Assembly: GCA_036785375.1 (NCBI GenBank)
Contig: JAWMAR010000030.1
Location: forward strand, 6,882,001 to 6,946,000
Origin: Leucoraja ocellata
Taxonomy: Eukaryota
DNA length: 64,000 nt
Direction of reading: 5' to 3'
The translations under genes were made by a program, and so were the position numbers. Shown in pieces: positions 52,313-64,000 of this stretch. The notes beneath the pieces are model-generated. The model had not been told where the DNA came from. It ran no database searches and saw nothing but the letters and a program-made list of their open reading frames with translations. How positions within the stretch are numbered: position 1 is the first letter of the stretch; each line of letters opens with the position of its first letter.

Positions 52313-52703
52313 TTGCCCAAAAATATATATTTTTAATGTTTTAAAAAGCAGAAGATATTTTCCCACGTATTAAATCACACCCTGCAATCTGTTAAGGTTA
52401 CTGTTGTCATATTCTTAAACTATTATCTGCAATAATAATATGGTATTAATGATGGGCAAGGTTATCCTCCTGCAGTAAAATACATCGTTGACAGTTATAT
52501 TGCAGCTAATGCAGAGGGAAACAAACAGTGTGTGTATGTGCCATGGTCAGTATCAACCAGTCACTATGATCACTTGAATGGATCCAGCAACACCAATGGC
52601 AAACAACATTATTTTTTTGTAAATCATAAATTTAGCTGACACTGTTTTGTTAATGGCAGTTAATGAATGGATATGGTAATAATTTCTACGGTGACAAACT
52701 CAC

Positions 52704-52790
52704 CAGTTGTTGTTGTAAATAGTCAATCATCTGATCTTTTCTTTTCATTTCCTCTTGCAAAATCTGGATCTCTCCAAGTAGCTCATCAGT
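52704..52790 (-). CDS. ccser2: CCSER2 (coiled-coil serine-rich protein 2 / FAM190B) internal coding exon, 87 nt, phase 0-0, coiled coil
   Basis: Minus strand reads ttgcttttcttcttgtccAG|exon|GTGAGT and translates TDELLGEIQILQEEMKRKDQMIDYLQQQL. This resembles the CCSER2 coiled coil as I recall it (NEDLL.EIKQLKDEIKKKDEKIQLLELQL) more than CCSER1. Confidence 0.9.
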
Positions 52791-53384
52791 CTGGACAAGA
52801 AGAAAAGCAACAAGTAATTATGTTATGTATAAATTCAAAAGCATAGATTCACCAACCTGGCTGACCATAATTTGTCACAATGGCAAATATATTTTATTAA
52901 ATTCTATAAGTATGATATCACAGATACGTACAGATGTCATGTACGATAAAGCAGCAAACATACTCATTTCAGCCTCAGCGGGTTATTACAGACTTAAAAG
53001 TATTTTCACAGATGAGCAAAGTTCCAGCTGACACACCAGTGCAATACTAATGGAGTTCTGCACTCCAGAGGTTGCAATGAAGACATGCCTGGTCAAAAAT
53101 CAATAAGTTTTTGGGTATTATTGGAATCAAGAGCCAGGGTAGTTCAGGACAGCAACACTAAGATGAAGGATGCACCTTGATCTATTGAATAACAGAGCAG
53201 GATTGAAGGGTCAAATGACCTCTTCCTATCTCTTACGAATTCTCTCAAAGCACTACATCAAAAAGTTAGGCATCACCCCTTCTGCCTTGGACCAATATTT
53301 ATTCCCCAATAAACATCATTAAAATAGTTTATCTGATGGTTTTCATGTGGCCTGAAATGTGAGCTTATTGTGCGTACATTTGGA

Positions 53385-53853
53385 GTGGCACGGTAGAGCA
53401 GCGGAGCGGCACTGTGACGCAGCAGTATTGCTGGCTTACAATGTCCAAGACCCGGGTTCAAACCTGACAACGGGTGCTGTCTGTACGGAGTTTATACCTT
53501 CTCCCCGTGACCATGCGAGTTTTCCCCGGAGCTCCGGTTTTCTCCCCACTCCAAAGATGTACAGGTTTGCAGTTTAACTGGATTCAGTAAAGATTGTGGG
53601 GTGGAAGATTGCAACCTTCACGTGGTCCGCCCTGTTTCGACTAATGCAATCAACTCGATGTGCACAAACGGAAGATCAAATAGAACAAGTTGCCCAACAA
53701 CTTTAGGCTGTGCACGCCACACAAAAGAAGAAGAAGTAAAGGTTGTAAATTATCCCTAGTGTGTAAGATAATGCGTGTACGGGGATCAGTGTTTGGCACG
53801 TTCTCAGTGGGCCGATGGGCCTGTTTCCATGCTGTATCTCTAAATTAAACTAA
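53385..53853 (+). mobile_element. HE1-like SINE interrupted by a GAA-tailed ~135-bp element (53598-53736)
   Basis: B box gggttcaaacc, SINE body and ctaaa tail; the insert is flanked by gtaaagattgt/gtaaaggttgt. Confidence 0.82.
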
Positions 53854-54019
53854 AATCAGCTTATTTTTAATTACAGTTGCGCCTAAAGCTCAAAATCTTC
53901 ACTGACGATAAAGCACTTCAGGACATCAAGGCTGTGAAAGATGTTAACCAGATTTTTGTGCTCTAGATCTAAGGGATACCTAGTTAGCAGAAGAAATAAA
54001 AGGAGGGATAAAACATTCA

Positions 54020-55390
54020 GCTCCTTGCCCACGCTCAGCCATTCAAAAAGATCATGTCTGATCTTTCACCCCAGTTCCACTTTTCTGCACTCCATATCCA
54101 TTGATCTCTTCAATATCCAAAAATAAATTAGTCTCCGACTTGAATATAGTCAATAGATGAATCTCTAAAGCTCTTTGCCCAGAGAATTCCAAAGATTCAT
54201 TACCCGGTGGGTGAAGATTTTTTTTAATCATCAAGCTTGAATATCCAACTGTGCCTCCCGAGATAAAAGGCACTCAACTCCTGCAAAATATCATTCCTTT
54301 ATTGAAACTATCAAGCCCCATAAGAATGTTTTAATACCTCAATGAGTTCACAGCTCACTCATCTAAATGCCCAACAGTACATGCTTAGTCTATTTAATCT
54401 CTCTTCTTAATCAATCCAGCGATCTTTTCATCAACTGCCTTTGCTGTGAATGCATTATTTTTTAAGTAGGTAATCAGATTTGTATATAATATTCCAAATG
54501 TAATTTTATCGGGGCCTGGTAAAATTTCATAAGACAACTTTATTCATACTCATTTATTTTTGCAATAGCAGCCAACATACTATTTACCTTCCTTGCTCTT
54601 TGCTGTACCTATTCATTTCCATTCATTTGCATAAAGGACACCTCAGCTTTTAACATTGACAATTTTCAACTCAGCCCATCTAAAAATGAAGCTCGGCTCA
54701 ATCACTTAGCTTGTCTACGCCCTCTTAAAGACTCTTTGCATCCTCTTCACAACTCAATCCAGTCTTTCATCACCAACAAAAGTGGATAATTCATTGGCTT
54801 TGCTCATCCAACAGAGATTCACAGTTATATTGCAAGAAAACAAACCCTTCAGGTCAACTCAACCATGCCAATCAAAATTCCTATCTACACTAACTCCATT
54901 TGCATGCATTTGGCCCAAACCCTCTAAGGCTTTCTGACCGATGTACCTGTCCAAGTATCTTCTAACTTTAGTGATTGTATCTGGCAGCTTATTCTATCTA
55001 CCCACAACCTCTGCATGAAAAGATTGCTACTCAGATCCCGTTCTTTCCCCTCGCACTTTAAACGTGCGTCAAGCTTTAGCATCTTCTACCCTGGGAAACA
55101 TTTTGTGCCTATCTACCCTTTGTATGTCTCTCGTAATTTTGAAAGTCTCTCAGGTCATCAGTCCACCATGTCCGGTTCCCTGGAAATAAGTCCCAGCCTA
55201 TCCATTCACTACGTAGAACACTGAGTGCAGGCAACACAGTGGTGAATCTTGTCTGCACCATTTCTAGGTAAATCGCATCCTTCCTATTGCACGACCACCA
55301 GAATTGCACATTATACTTCAACTGCAGCCTAACCAACTGTAACAAATCCCAAATCCTATATTCAATGCTTCAGGCAATGAAGGCAAGCAT
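54020..55390 (-). mobile_element. Two decayed CR1-like LINE 3' fragments
   Basis: Minus ORF LVRLQLKYNVQFW..CNRKDAIYLEMVQTRFT; agagaattccaaagattca and gatgtacctgtccaag motifs. Confidence 0.75.
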
Positions 55391-56329
55391 TCATATGGGT
55401 AATAAACCACAAAGCTCAGTTGGTGCAGTGGCAGAAATACTGCAAACCACCTCAAATGCTTTTGTGAACTTTGCTTGCTAAAACTAACGGCCTAATTAGA
55501 CTTTGCCTTCTAAGGTGCCACCACCTACTTGTTAACCGGGAAGGAGACATGGGCACAATAAACAGATCCCTGCAATATAGGCATTGAGCACATTTGGCTC
55601 TTTATTCCAATAATGAGAAAGTAATGAGAAGAAATGCCTTGAAATAATCCTTAGTTTGACAGAATAGTCATTTATATGATGTTTCCATTTTTGGAGAATC
55701 TAAAAGTGGCGCTTTTAAACGTAATATAATAATATGAAATCCAGCAAGAAACAGATTAATTTTGTTAGCTAGGGAGTGGTTAAAAAAGTAAAACTCTTTG
55801 CTAATGGATCTTTATGAGATGAATCATGGATGTATTTATGGGGGAAATGGAAGCTTTTAGTTAAAAAGTCAAGTATTGTATGGTGTGAGGGGACCCATGT
55901 GGTACATACACATTCCCATAGACCATTTGGGTAAAATGATCTCTTTCAGTGTTGTATGTTTTTAAATAGGTGACCAAATACATTTTATAATACACACTTA
56001 TCAACCTACTTGCCTGCAATGAACCCACTTTCATTTAAAGTTTGATGGAAGTCAGACCCAATGAAACTAAATAAATGTAAAAGTTTATGGAAAAAAGTAA
56101 TCAATAAAAAGTTCTGGAAGGGCAAAAGGATAAGGTTGATAATGAAAAATAATGATCGATGAGAATGTCACAAAAATAAAGCAAGAATTAATCAAATATC
56201 CAAATTAGACCAAATGAAAAAAATGACACAAATTATAACATTATCAATTCTAACCTCTGTACTAATGTTGGTCATTAATTGCAATTTATTTTTCATTTAT
56301 TCATCTACACATTGGTCATTTTCTCCCCT

Positions 56330-56619
56330 AGTCTGTACATCATCCTAGTCAGTAACTTGTGGCCTTGACAAACATAAGGGTTAGCACTACACGCTACGAA
56401 TTCCAGCTGTGGAGACACCGGTATCGTTGTCTCGTTGTAGGACATTGATCATCTTTTAATCTGGATTTTTAACTTAAGTATTGTGGGGGGGGTTTTAAAT
56501 ATAAATTATGATGTTTTTATGTGATATACCATGATTTTATATGTTTTTATGATATTTGATATGCAATGCATTTTTAACGTAATGTTGCCCCTTGTCTGGA
56601 CCTTGAGTCCGTAATATAG

Positions 56620-56652
<33 letters not shown>
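56330..56652 (+). repeat. Probable LINE 3' end terminating in a (TTA)n microsatellite
   Basis: gttgccccttgtctggaccttgagtccgtaata followed by (tta)n at about 56620-56650. Confidence 0.55.
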
Positions 56653-56653
<1 letters not shown>

Positions 56654-57569
56654 TTTCAATGTTCTTGTAATTTTTATAATTGTAATATTTGTTAACAATT
56701 GCTGTTTGGGACTGTCCAAAGGTTTGGATCTGTATTTTACTTAAGACCATCTGCTTCTCCATTGAACAAACCAGCACCATTGAGTATGAATTCTTCTCTA
56801 TTGCAACATAAAATTGAATCTGGCTCTGCTGAATCCCATTTACGTGAATGTGTTCTGTTGGGTCTGTCGAACAAGCATGATTTTGAGGTAAGGTATTACA
56901 TGTACAACATGATTACTAATCTGCAGTCTTCCTCACAGCATGAAGAATATGCCAACAATGAATGGCTTTGCCACCAGGAAAGATATGACTGACTATAATG
57001 ATGAAAAGCCAGTTGTTAATGCATTTAGCCATTATTAATACATTTACAAACATCAATTTTCAGTTTTAAATGGACACAAATCAGAGAGATGGAATCATGG
57101 TCAAAAGAGGTCAGAAAACATTTTGTACTTTTGGAATTATTTTGGAATTGTGCTTGTATTTTGTGTCCATAATTCAAGTTGCTGCCATCAAGCTGGGAGA
57201 GCACTGTCCATTAAGTCTAACAAACAGCAATGGGTCCTAATGAGCACCAGCAACTCATAATTGTAATTTATTCACCATTGAAATATATAAAATATTCAAA
57301 TCTATATTCAAAGTTGACTGCTCCATCAGGAAACAGCTGCCCATTCAGGATTTAATTTATTCCAGGAGACATACTGTTATGTTTTCTCTTTCAATGCAAT
57401 CCAGTTCCATTTTATCTCCCCCTCAACCTGTTTTTTCCTTTGAAGAAATTGTATCAAGCAATGTGAAATGTGGCCACATTCAGACAACTCTCACAAGTTA
57501 AAGCAACTAAAATAGTGAATAAACCTTTGAAATTATAATGTTTTAAAGAGAACATACAATTGACTGGTG

Positions 57570-58830
57570 TCATGGAGTCATAGAGTGTGGAAACACGCCA
57601 TTTGGTATGATTCTTTCATGCTGACCTATTGCCCATCTATGTTATTCCCATTTTCCTGCATTTGGTCCATTCCCCTCAATTTGTTTCCTATTCTTGTACC
57701 TGTTCCTGTTGAATTGCTTTTTGAATGCTGTAATTGCACTTCAGATTCAGATTCAGATTCAATTTTAATTGTCATTGTCAGTGTACAGTACAGAGACAAC
57801 GAAATGCATTGGAGACAACGAAATGCATTGTACTCTGTACTCATAATCTGCAGAAAAAAATGCCCCACAGATCTCCCCTCTCCCCTTAAACCTATGTGCT
57901 CTAAATCTTGATTCAACTACTCTTGGAGCATGGTTGTGATAATCTATCCTATATATGTGGATCATAATTTTACAAATCTCTATATGCACTCTCCTGTGCT
58001 CTAATGAGAACCATCACAGCCTATTCAATCATTCCTTGCAACTGAACCCTTCCAGTCCAGGCAACACCCTGGCGAATCACTTCTTGCACTCTTTATAGTG
58101 CCCCCACATCCTTCCCATTATGCAGTGACTTGAACTCTGCATACTATTCCAAGTGTGACCTCATCAACGTTTTGTTCAGCTCTCCAAACTCTTACACACA
58201 ATACCCTTTCCTGTGAAGGCAAGCAAGCAAAATGAATTCTTCACAACCTTATCCACGTAATAGAAACATAGCAAATAGGTGCAGGAATAGGCCGTTCGGC
58301 CCTTCGAGCCTGCAGCATCATTCAATATGATCATGGCTGATCATCCAGAATCAGAACCCCGTTCCTGCTTTCTCCCCATATCCCTTGATTCTGATATCCT
58401 AATGCCTTTTCAGGGAGCTGTGAACTTGCACCTTAAGATCCTTATGCACATCAACATTTCTACGATCTTCGCACTTTACTGTATATGTCCAGCCAAAATT
58501 AGACAACCCATTAATGTATTACTTGACACTTGCCTGGATTAAATTCCACTGCCGTGCCTTCACTCAACTTTCCAGCTGGTCTATGTCTCTTCGCGGACCT
58601 GGTGGACCTGTTTCCGAGCTCCCAGTCAACGTTTGCCAGCCCCTGTACCACACTATTGAAATCAGACCTCCCCCAATTTAAGACCAGAGTTCTAGGTCCA
58701 ACCTAGTACTTTTCCAGGACTTCCTTAAATCTTATCGAGTTGTGGCCATATTCACAAAGTGCTCCTCCACAGACACTTCCACCACTTTCCTAGCCTCCTT
58801 ACCTAAAATACGGTCAAGTACAACTCCTTT
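57570..58830 (-). mobile_element. Decayed CR1 LINE with nested younger insertions (Rex-like tail about 57740-57830; CR1 3' end about 58260-58390)
   Basis: ccaggcaacaccctggcgaatc and ccaagtgtgacctcatcaac; nested (ttcaga)n with duplicated gagacaacgaaatgcattg; atagaaacatag..ggccgttcggcccttcgagcc. Confidence 0.75.
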
Positions 58831-59334
58831 CCTTGTAGACTCTCTGTATGTTGCTGTAAAAACTCACCTGGGATGCATTTAACAAATTCCACCATTTTCA
58901 GGGACTGTTAACTTGCTGTTCAAGGTGCCTTGCACCAAGACAATCCTTGTAAATAGTGGAAAGTTGGACAATCACCACTACAACCCTGCTGATATTACAT
59001 TCTATCACTATTTGATTTTAGATAGCTGAAAAAGAATCAAAACCATGTGTTTGAACAAACTGTAATTATGAGTACATAGCAACAATATCAGCAAAAACAG
59101 AACACAGGAATGTAAAACTCAATCTAATAAAAGAATCATAACCAATTAAAAGTAAACACAGAAAATGTTGTTAACACTCAGCATGTGTGTGAGGGAAATT
59201 AAATTAGGACTAGCTCTGAAAAATTAATTTACTTTCCCCTTTATAGATGCAATCAGAATTGCTGAATATTTCTCCAATTTCTGTTTATCATTTAATGTTA
59301 GATTAAAGATTCAGAGGACTGGACTGATTGATTG

Positions 59335-59640
59335 AAAGATATAGCATGGAAACAGGTACATTGGCTCACCTAGTTCACATTGATCATCTGCTCGCACTTG
59401 TTCTATGTTATCCCACTGTTTCATCCATTCCCTGAACACTTGGGGCAATTTTATAGAGGCCAATTAACCTACAAACCTGTACGTCCATGAGATGTGGGAG
59501 GAAACTGGAGTAGCCAGAGGAAACCCACACGGTCACAGGGAGAATGTGCAAACTCTATCCAGACAGCTCCAGAGATCAGGATTGACCCTGGGTCTCGGGC
59601 ACCATGAGGCAGCAGCTCAACCCAGCTGCATCACCGCGCC
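59335..59640 (-). mobile_element. HE1-like SINE
   Basis: ccaattaacctacaaacctgtacgtc..gggaggaaactggag..ggtcacagggagaatgtgcaaactc, the reverse complement of the SINE body. Confidence 0.82.
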
Positions 59641-60710
59641 AACCATTATTACAGATATTTAGTATACACAGTTTATTTTTCTAATCCATTGCTGTTGGAG
59701 GGAAAAAATGTATCTCAAAAGGTTGGGTAATAATTTTGATAAAGTGAAAAAAGAGATTAACAATGGAAACATAAATTTAATGGAGTACTTGGTAGCAGAA
59801 AATAATTAAGTGACAATAACTCTTCCTAGCATTTAAGCGTTACTTAACAAAATGGCATTTTTCAGCCCTAACCCTAACTCTATTTATTTATTCACTTGGC
59901 TGGCTTCACAGCAATATGTTGAATAATAAATTACAGCATAGTTTTTCCTATGAATTATTGTATAAATTGAATCCAATTAAATAAATACTTAACCTTTAAA
60001 CAAGTTCATTAAAAAAAAATTAAGGTACAGTCAAACTGAAGTCAGACATCAGCACATAGTCCTTATGGCTAATAATTTAATTAATAATAAATGCAACAAG
60101 TGGTAATTGGCAATCAAAATAATTTATAAATTAAAGCTAAGGATGGTAAAATATGCATGAAATTGGCAATCTAATCAATTTATTACACCAAAGCCTTGAA
60201 TTGTTCGATATTAATACGTGCAATTATTTTGATGTGTTAATTAGCAATTAAATAGAGATTTTACTATCAGAAACTTATTGATATATTTTATTATCAATTG
60301 CTCAATGCATATTTTGAACAAACATTGGATGTGAAAATGAAACATCGTGAATGCTTTTTCCCTTCATTGTTTTTAAGATAATTTTAGTAAAAATCGCACA
60401 CACACTCAATCTGTGCCAATGGAGCAGGATACAGATCATAATTCAATCTGTCCCAGTACTATGCATACTGAAAGAAAAAGGCTTCAATATAAACAGATCA
60501 GTTTAATCCATGATTTGAAAGTTTCAATCCTGGTACTGAGACTAGTTAAAACAAATAACCTTTGTACCATTCGTTCTACAAAAGATCAGAGTCCTACAAA
60601 ACAGAAAACATTTCAGGTTCAATTGGAGGCTTCAGAGAGGGTGCAGAGAGGTTTATCAGAATGCTGTCTGGATTGGAGTGTATTAGCTAGAATGAGAGGG
60701 GGCGTGGGAG

Positions 60711-61083
60711 NNNNNNNNNNNNNNNNNNNNNNNNNNNNNNNNNNNNNNNNNNNNNNNNNNNNNNNNNNNNNNNNNNNNNNNNNNNNNNNNNNNNNNNNNN
60801 NNNNNNNNNNNNNNNNNNNNNNNNNNNNNNNNNNNNNNNNNNNNNNNNNNNNNNNNNNNNNNNNNNNNNNNNNNNNNNNNNNNNNNNNNNNNNNNNNNNN
60901 NNNNNNNNNNNNNNNNNNNNNNNNNNNNNNNNNNNNNNNNNNNNNNNNNNNNNNNNNNNNNNNNNNNNNNNNNNNNNNNNNNNNNNNNNNNNNNNNNNNN
61001 NNNNNNNNNNNNNNNNNNNNNNNNNNNNNNNNNNNNNNNNNNNNNNNNNNNNNNNNNNNNNNNNNNNNNNNNNNNNNNNNNNN
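60711..61083. other. Assembly gap (373 N)
   Basis: Run of N; a CR1 fragment (60615-60710) runs into it. Confidence 1.
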
Positions 61084-61187
61084 TAACACCAAGTGTAACA
61101 CCAACATTTTCTCAGGAAGAGTGACACGTGGGGCTCCTTGCACATGCTTCTTTCCATAAGTCAGCCTGTGCATCCTCGAGATCAATC

Positions 61188-62735
61188 ATGTGGCGTTACC
61201 TGAAAAATGGGGCAAACCCAAAGGATGAGGCAGCAAAAAGAAAAAATGAAATGGATAAAGAGTATGAGGATGAGAAAAGGTCAAGAAGTTATGGGAACGT
61301 GTTCACAAATGGTTGAGGTAGGATGAGAAGGGGAGATGTTCTGCCACTTGTGCAGGGAGGCAAACGTGGCAGAATATGGTTTTTAATGGTGGCACGAATA
61401 TTATATTTATATTTTTTCATACATCAGGAAGTCAACGCCAAACATGTTTGAATTTCAAGCACAGTTTCAGGGAGATCTGACCGGCAGCACCGACATTGAG
61501 GCTAGATTGCATGACATGAGTGACAGAGTCTGCGAGGCAATGAAGATTGTCAGCTTCAACTTCTGGCCAGAAGGCAGACTATCAGGTGATATTTCAGCAA
61601 GAGCAATGTTGCAAAATTTTCATGGGCATTTTTTAAAGTATGATGTATTGCATAGTTTTGTTCAGTATGTTTAATTCAATTCATGTCAAAGTAATTAATT
61701 TTAATTGCAAAAGCCTAGTTCTTGCAGCCCCCCTTGTAGCTTACAATAGGAGTCAGATATTTTTAATACCACTGTGGAGGAAATTTGGAGCAAATCTTAA
61801 TGTATGATTCACTGTATGATTCTCTCTGAATTTGCTGCACGTTACTTCTTTATAAAGCTTTCTTGTAAGCTACAATGGATCATAATCTAAACTTTACCGT
61901 AAAGGCAAAATTACAACTAGTCTATAACAATGATTACATACTTGAGATTTTATATAAAAATATAGGAAGATATTCTGCACATTGACAGTGTCACCAGTTG
62001 ATTAAGTACAACATAAGTTCAAAGTTTGTGCCCTAAGCGCTAGTAGTTGACTGAGTCAATATTTATTTTGTTTATTTTCCGCAGATTTCGGAAATGAAGC
62101 TGTCCAGTCACTGGCACAGCACTCAAGGGCAGCCTAACCACAGTACACGTGAACCAAGGAAACTGGGAATAGAGTGGGACCTCCTGAAAGCGAGGATGAG
62201 TTCCCAATCAAAGTAAATGTTCAAATATTCATTTAAATTATCCAGTTGTAATATTGCCATACCTTTGAAGAATTCAAAACTTAATTTAATAAATATTTTC
62301 ACGTGACAAGTCTGATTGTAATACGTTTTAATGACTCTATATAGCTTCAGCAAGAAGGCCCTGACCTGGTCAGCCATCATCCCTGTGAGGAAAGAAAAGC
62401 TACCCAACATCTGCACTCTTCTTGACCTCGTCCTTACCACACGGGCAAGTTCAGCTGAGGCGGAGCGAGCCTTCAGCCAGCTGAAGACCACCATCAGAAG
62501 ATCCCTCCAGATTGACGGGGTGACAGACCAGCTCCTCAAGATTCTGCATGGCAGTAACATCAAGGACTTTGATACTCGGCTAGCCATCAGCTTGTGGCAT
62601 GCAGGAGGGATGAGGGCAAGGATGCCTGACATGGGAGAGATCCCAGCTGCAGCATCTGCCTCTGGACCTCACTCTGACAGTGACAAGTCTGATGAGGAGG
62701 ATGCTCTGCTCGAGAGCGACAGACGACAATTAAGT
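61188..62735 (+). pseudogene. Decayed, internally deleted, intron-containing hAT-family transposase (ZNF862-like) gene
   Basis: N-terminal remnant MWRYLKNG...KWLR*DEKG/MFCHLCRE (Zn-finger-like); middle IEARL.D..V.EAMKIVSFNFWP|DFGNEAVQSLAQH..IEWDLLKARM; C-terminal dimerisation motif PNICTLLDLVLT..ASSAEAERAFSQLK..IRRSL. Contains frameshifts and stops. Confidence 0.85.
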
Positions 62736-62737
62736 GA

Positions 62738-62835
62738 TGTTTCCTTCGCTCCATAGATGCTGCCTCACCTGCTGAGTTTTTCCCAGCATTTTTGACTACC
62801 TTTGATTTTCCAGCATCTGCAGTTCCTTCTTAAAC
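62738..62835 (-). mobile_element. Penelope-end fragment inserted at the 3' end of the hAT ORF
   Basis: tttccttcgctccatagatgctgcc...gcatctgcagttccttcttaaac. Confidence 0.85.
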
Positions 62836-63384
62836 TGATGACAAATAAAGTAACGTTTTGATGTATTTGAACAGCTCTGTCTTTATTTTGCTTTTTAGGA
62901 GATGGTTTAAATATCAAGCAGAAAAGTTACACAAGTTTTCACAAATATAATGTTTCTGATCATTTAATGTTGATACCCCCCCCCCCCCCCCCCCCCCCTT
63001 CCCAAAAAAAAACACTTCACCAATTTTTATTGCCCTTCTGGGGAATCTCACTTGCCAAGTTCCAAGATTGATTCAATATAGTCACTTACTTCCATGACTC
63101 GTCTTCTTAGTGAGCACAGAGTAAAAGAGGTACTATGTACATTCAAAAGTCTGGTATAGGTCTGGTCAGGTAGTAATAATAATAATAATACAGTAACAAG
63201 TATGTTACAAGAAAAAAAAAATCACACTTCCATTCTCTTTATTTCTTTTAAATTACAAAATCCTAGAGCCGAAGGGATATATTGTGTATCTATTTTTCCC
63301 CTCTTGATGTTGTCAAACTGATCGATTCAATTATTTATCAACCTCCCTTGTTGTGACTGTGCATAATAGAGATTGATGATTAAA

Positions 63385-63633
63385 TATTCAAGAGGAAAAG
63401 AAACATGCTATGGCCATGTCATGATAATATTCGGTCCTACACAGAAAACATGCTTGAAGCAGAAATAATGTGAATGATTCATTGAGCATAAATCCGAGCT
63501 TTGCTGTTCGTCCGAGCACATTATCGCACGCGTCACGCGTTAAATGACCACCTAAACTGTCATTTGGCAACCTATAAAGTTGCCGAGGTTGCCCGGCTGG
63601 CAACAGAGAAAAAAAAGTTAAGTGAGAGACCTG
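63385..63633 (+). mobile_element. Probable hAT right terminus
   Basis: Subterminal ggcaac/gttgcc repeats; ends gttaagtgagagacctg (reverse complement CAGGTCTCTCACTTAAC, a CAGG-type hAT end). The matching left end is not visible and may lie in the gap. Confidence 0.5.
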
Positions 63634-63799
63634 GTATAACTATAGAAAAAAGGCTATGATGCTCGATATGGATTTATTTTACCATGTGCAAGAACAATGC
63701 ATGAAATGAACATATTTATTTGCTGATCTTATGTAAAATATTCATGGAATCTAAGGCAAAACTGAAAACTCTGGAATTAGTCAGTAGTTCGGGCAGATG

Positions 63800-64000
63800 C
63801 ATGGCAGATGCAGTTTAATGTGGATAAATGTGAGGTTATCCATTTTGATAGCAAAAACAGGAAGGCAGATTATTATCTAAATGGTGTCAAGTTGGGAAAA
63901 GGGGATGTACAACAGGATCTGGGGGTCCTTGTTCATCAGTCAATGAAAGTAAGCATGCAGATAGAGCAGGCAGTGAAGAAAGCGAATGGCATGTTGGCCT
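63800..64000 (+). mobile_element. CR1 LINE RT region (continues beyond the window)
   Basis: Translates WQMQFNVDKCEVIHFDSKNRKADYYLNGVKLGKGDVQQDLGVLVHQSMKVSMQIEQAVKKANGMLA. Confidence 0.93.

Noticed and set aside
52704-52790. Assignment to the paralogue ccser1
   Set aside because: The following exons (Cys-rich ADKxTQT and SAPSxSPxQ...HRRQ) match my recollection of CCSER2, not CCSER1; reciprocal BLAST and synteny would settle it.
60413-61185. Long ORFs spanning 60.4-61.2 kb
   Set aside because: Artefacts of the N gap.
63090-63105. Minus-strand mini-exon with GTAAGT donor as the upstream ccser2 exon
   Set aside because: AAG acceptor, non-3n length, no similarity to the expected upstream CCSER2 peptide.

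Overview
AT-rich vertebrate genomic DNA, very probably from a cartilaginous fish (skate/ray-like; inferred from HE1-type tRNA SINEs and CR1/HER1-, Penelope- and Rex-type retroelements). Most of the window is intronic sequence of one minus-strand gene that I recognise as ccser2 (FAM190B). Three exons are well supported: 52704-52790 (coiled coil), 34979-35077 (KxTQT LC8-type motif) and 22428-22512 (85-nt frame-shifting cassette). The upstream exons and the large terminal exon were not found in the window. The introns hold LINE/SINE relics, a Tc1 element with a nested insertion, Harbinger-type MITE fragments and many fold-back Penelope-end elements carrying minimal hammerhead-ribozyme motifs. After an assembly gap (60711-61083) lies a decayed, apparently intron-containing hAT transposase gene. 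The most notable signals are (1) a candidate 15-nt microexon (20594-20608) that reads LPAVK or ITSC-stop depending on whether the 85-nt exon is included, (2) the hammerhead-bearing palindromic Penelope derivatives, and (3) the spliced hAT transposase. Nearly all ORF-track entries are spurious or TE remnants. Protein similarities are from memory and need BLAST confirmation; repeat boundaries are approximate.
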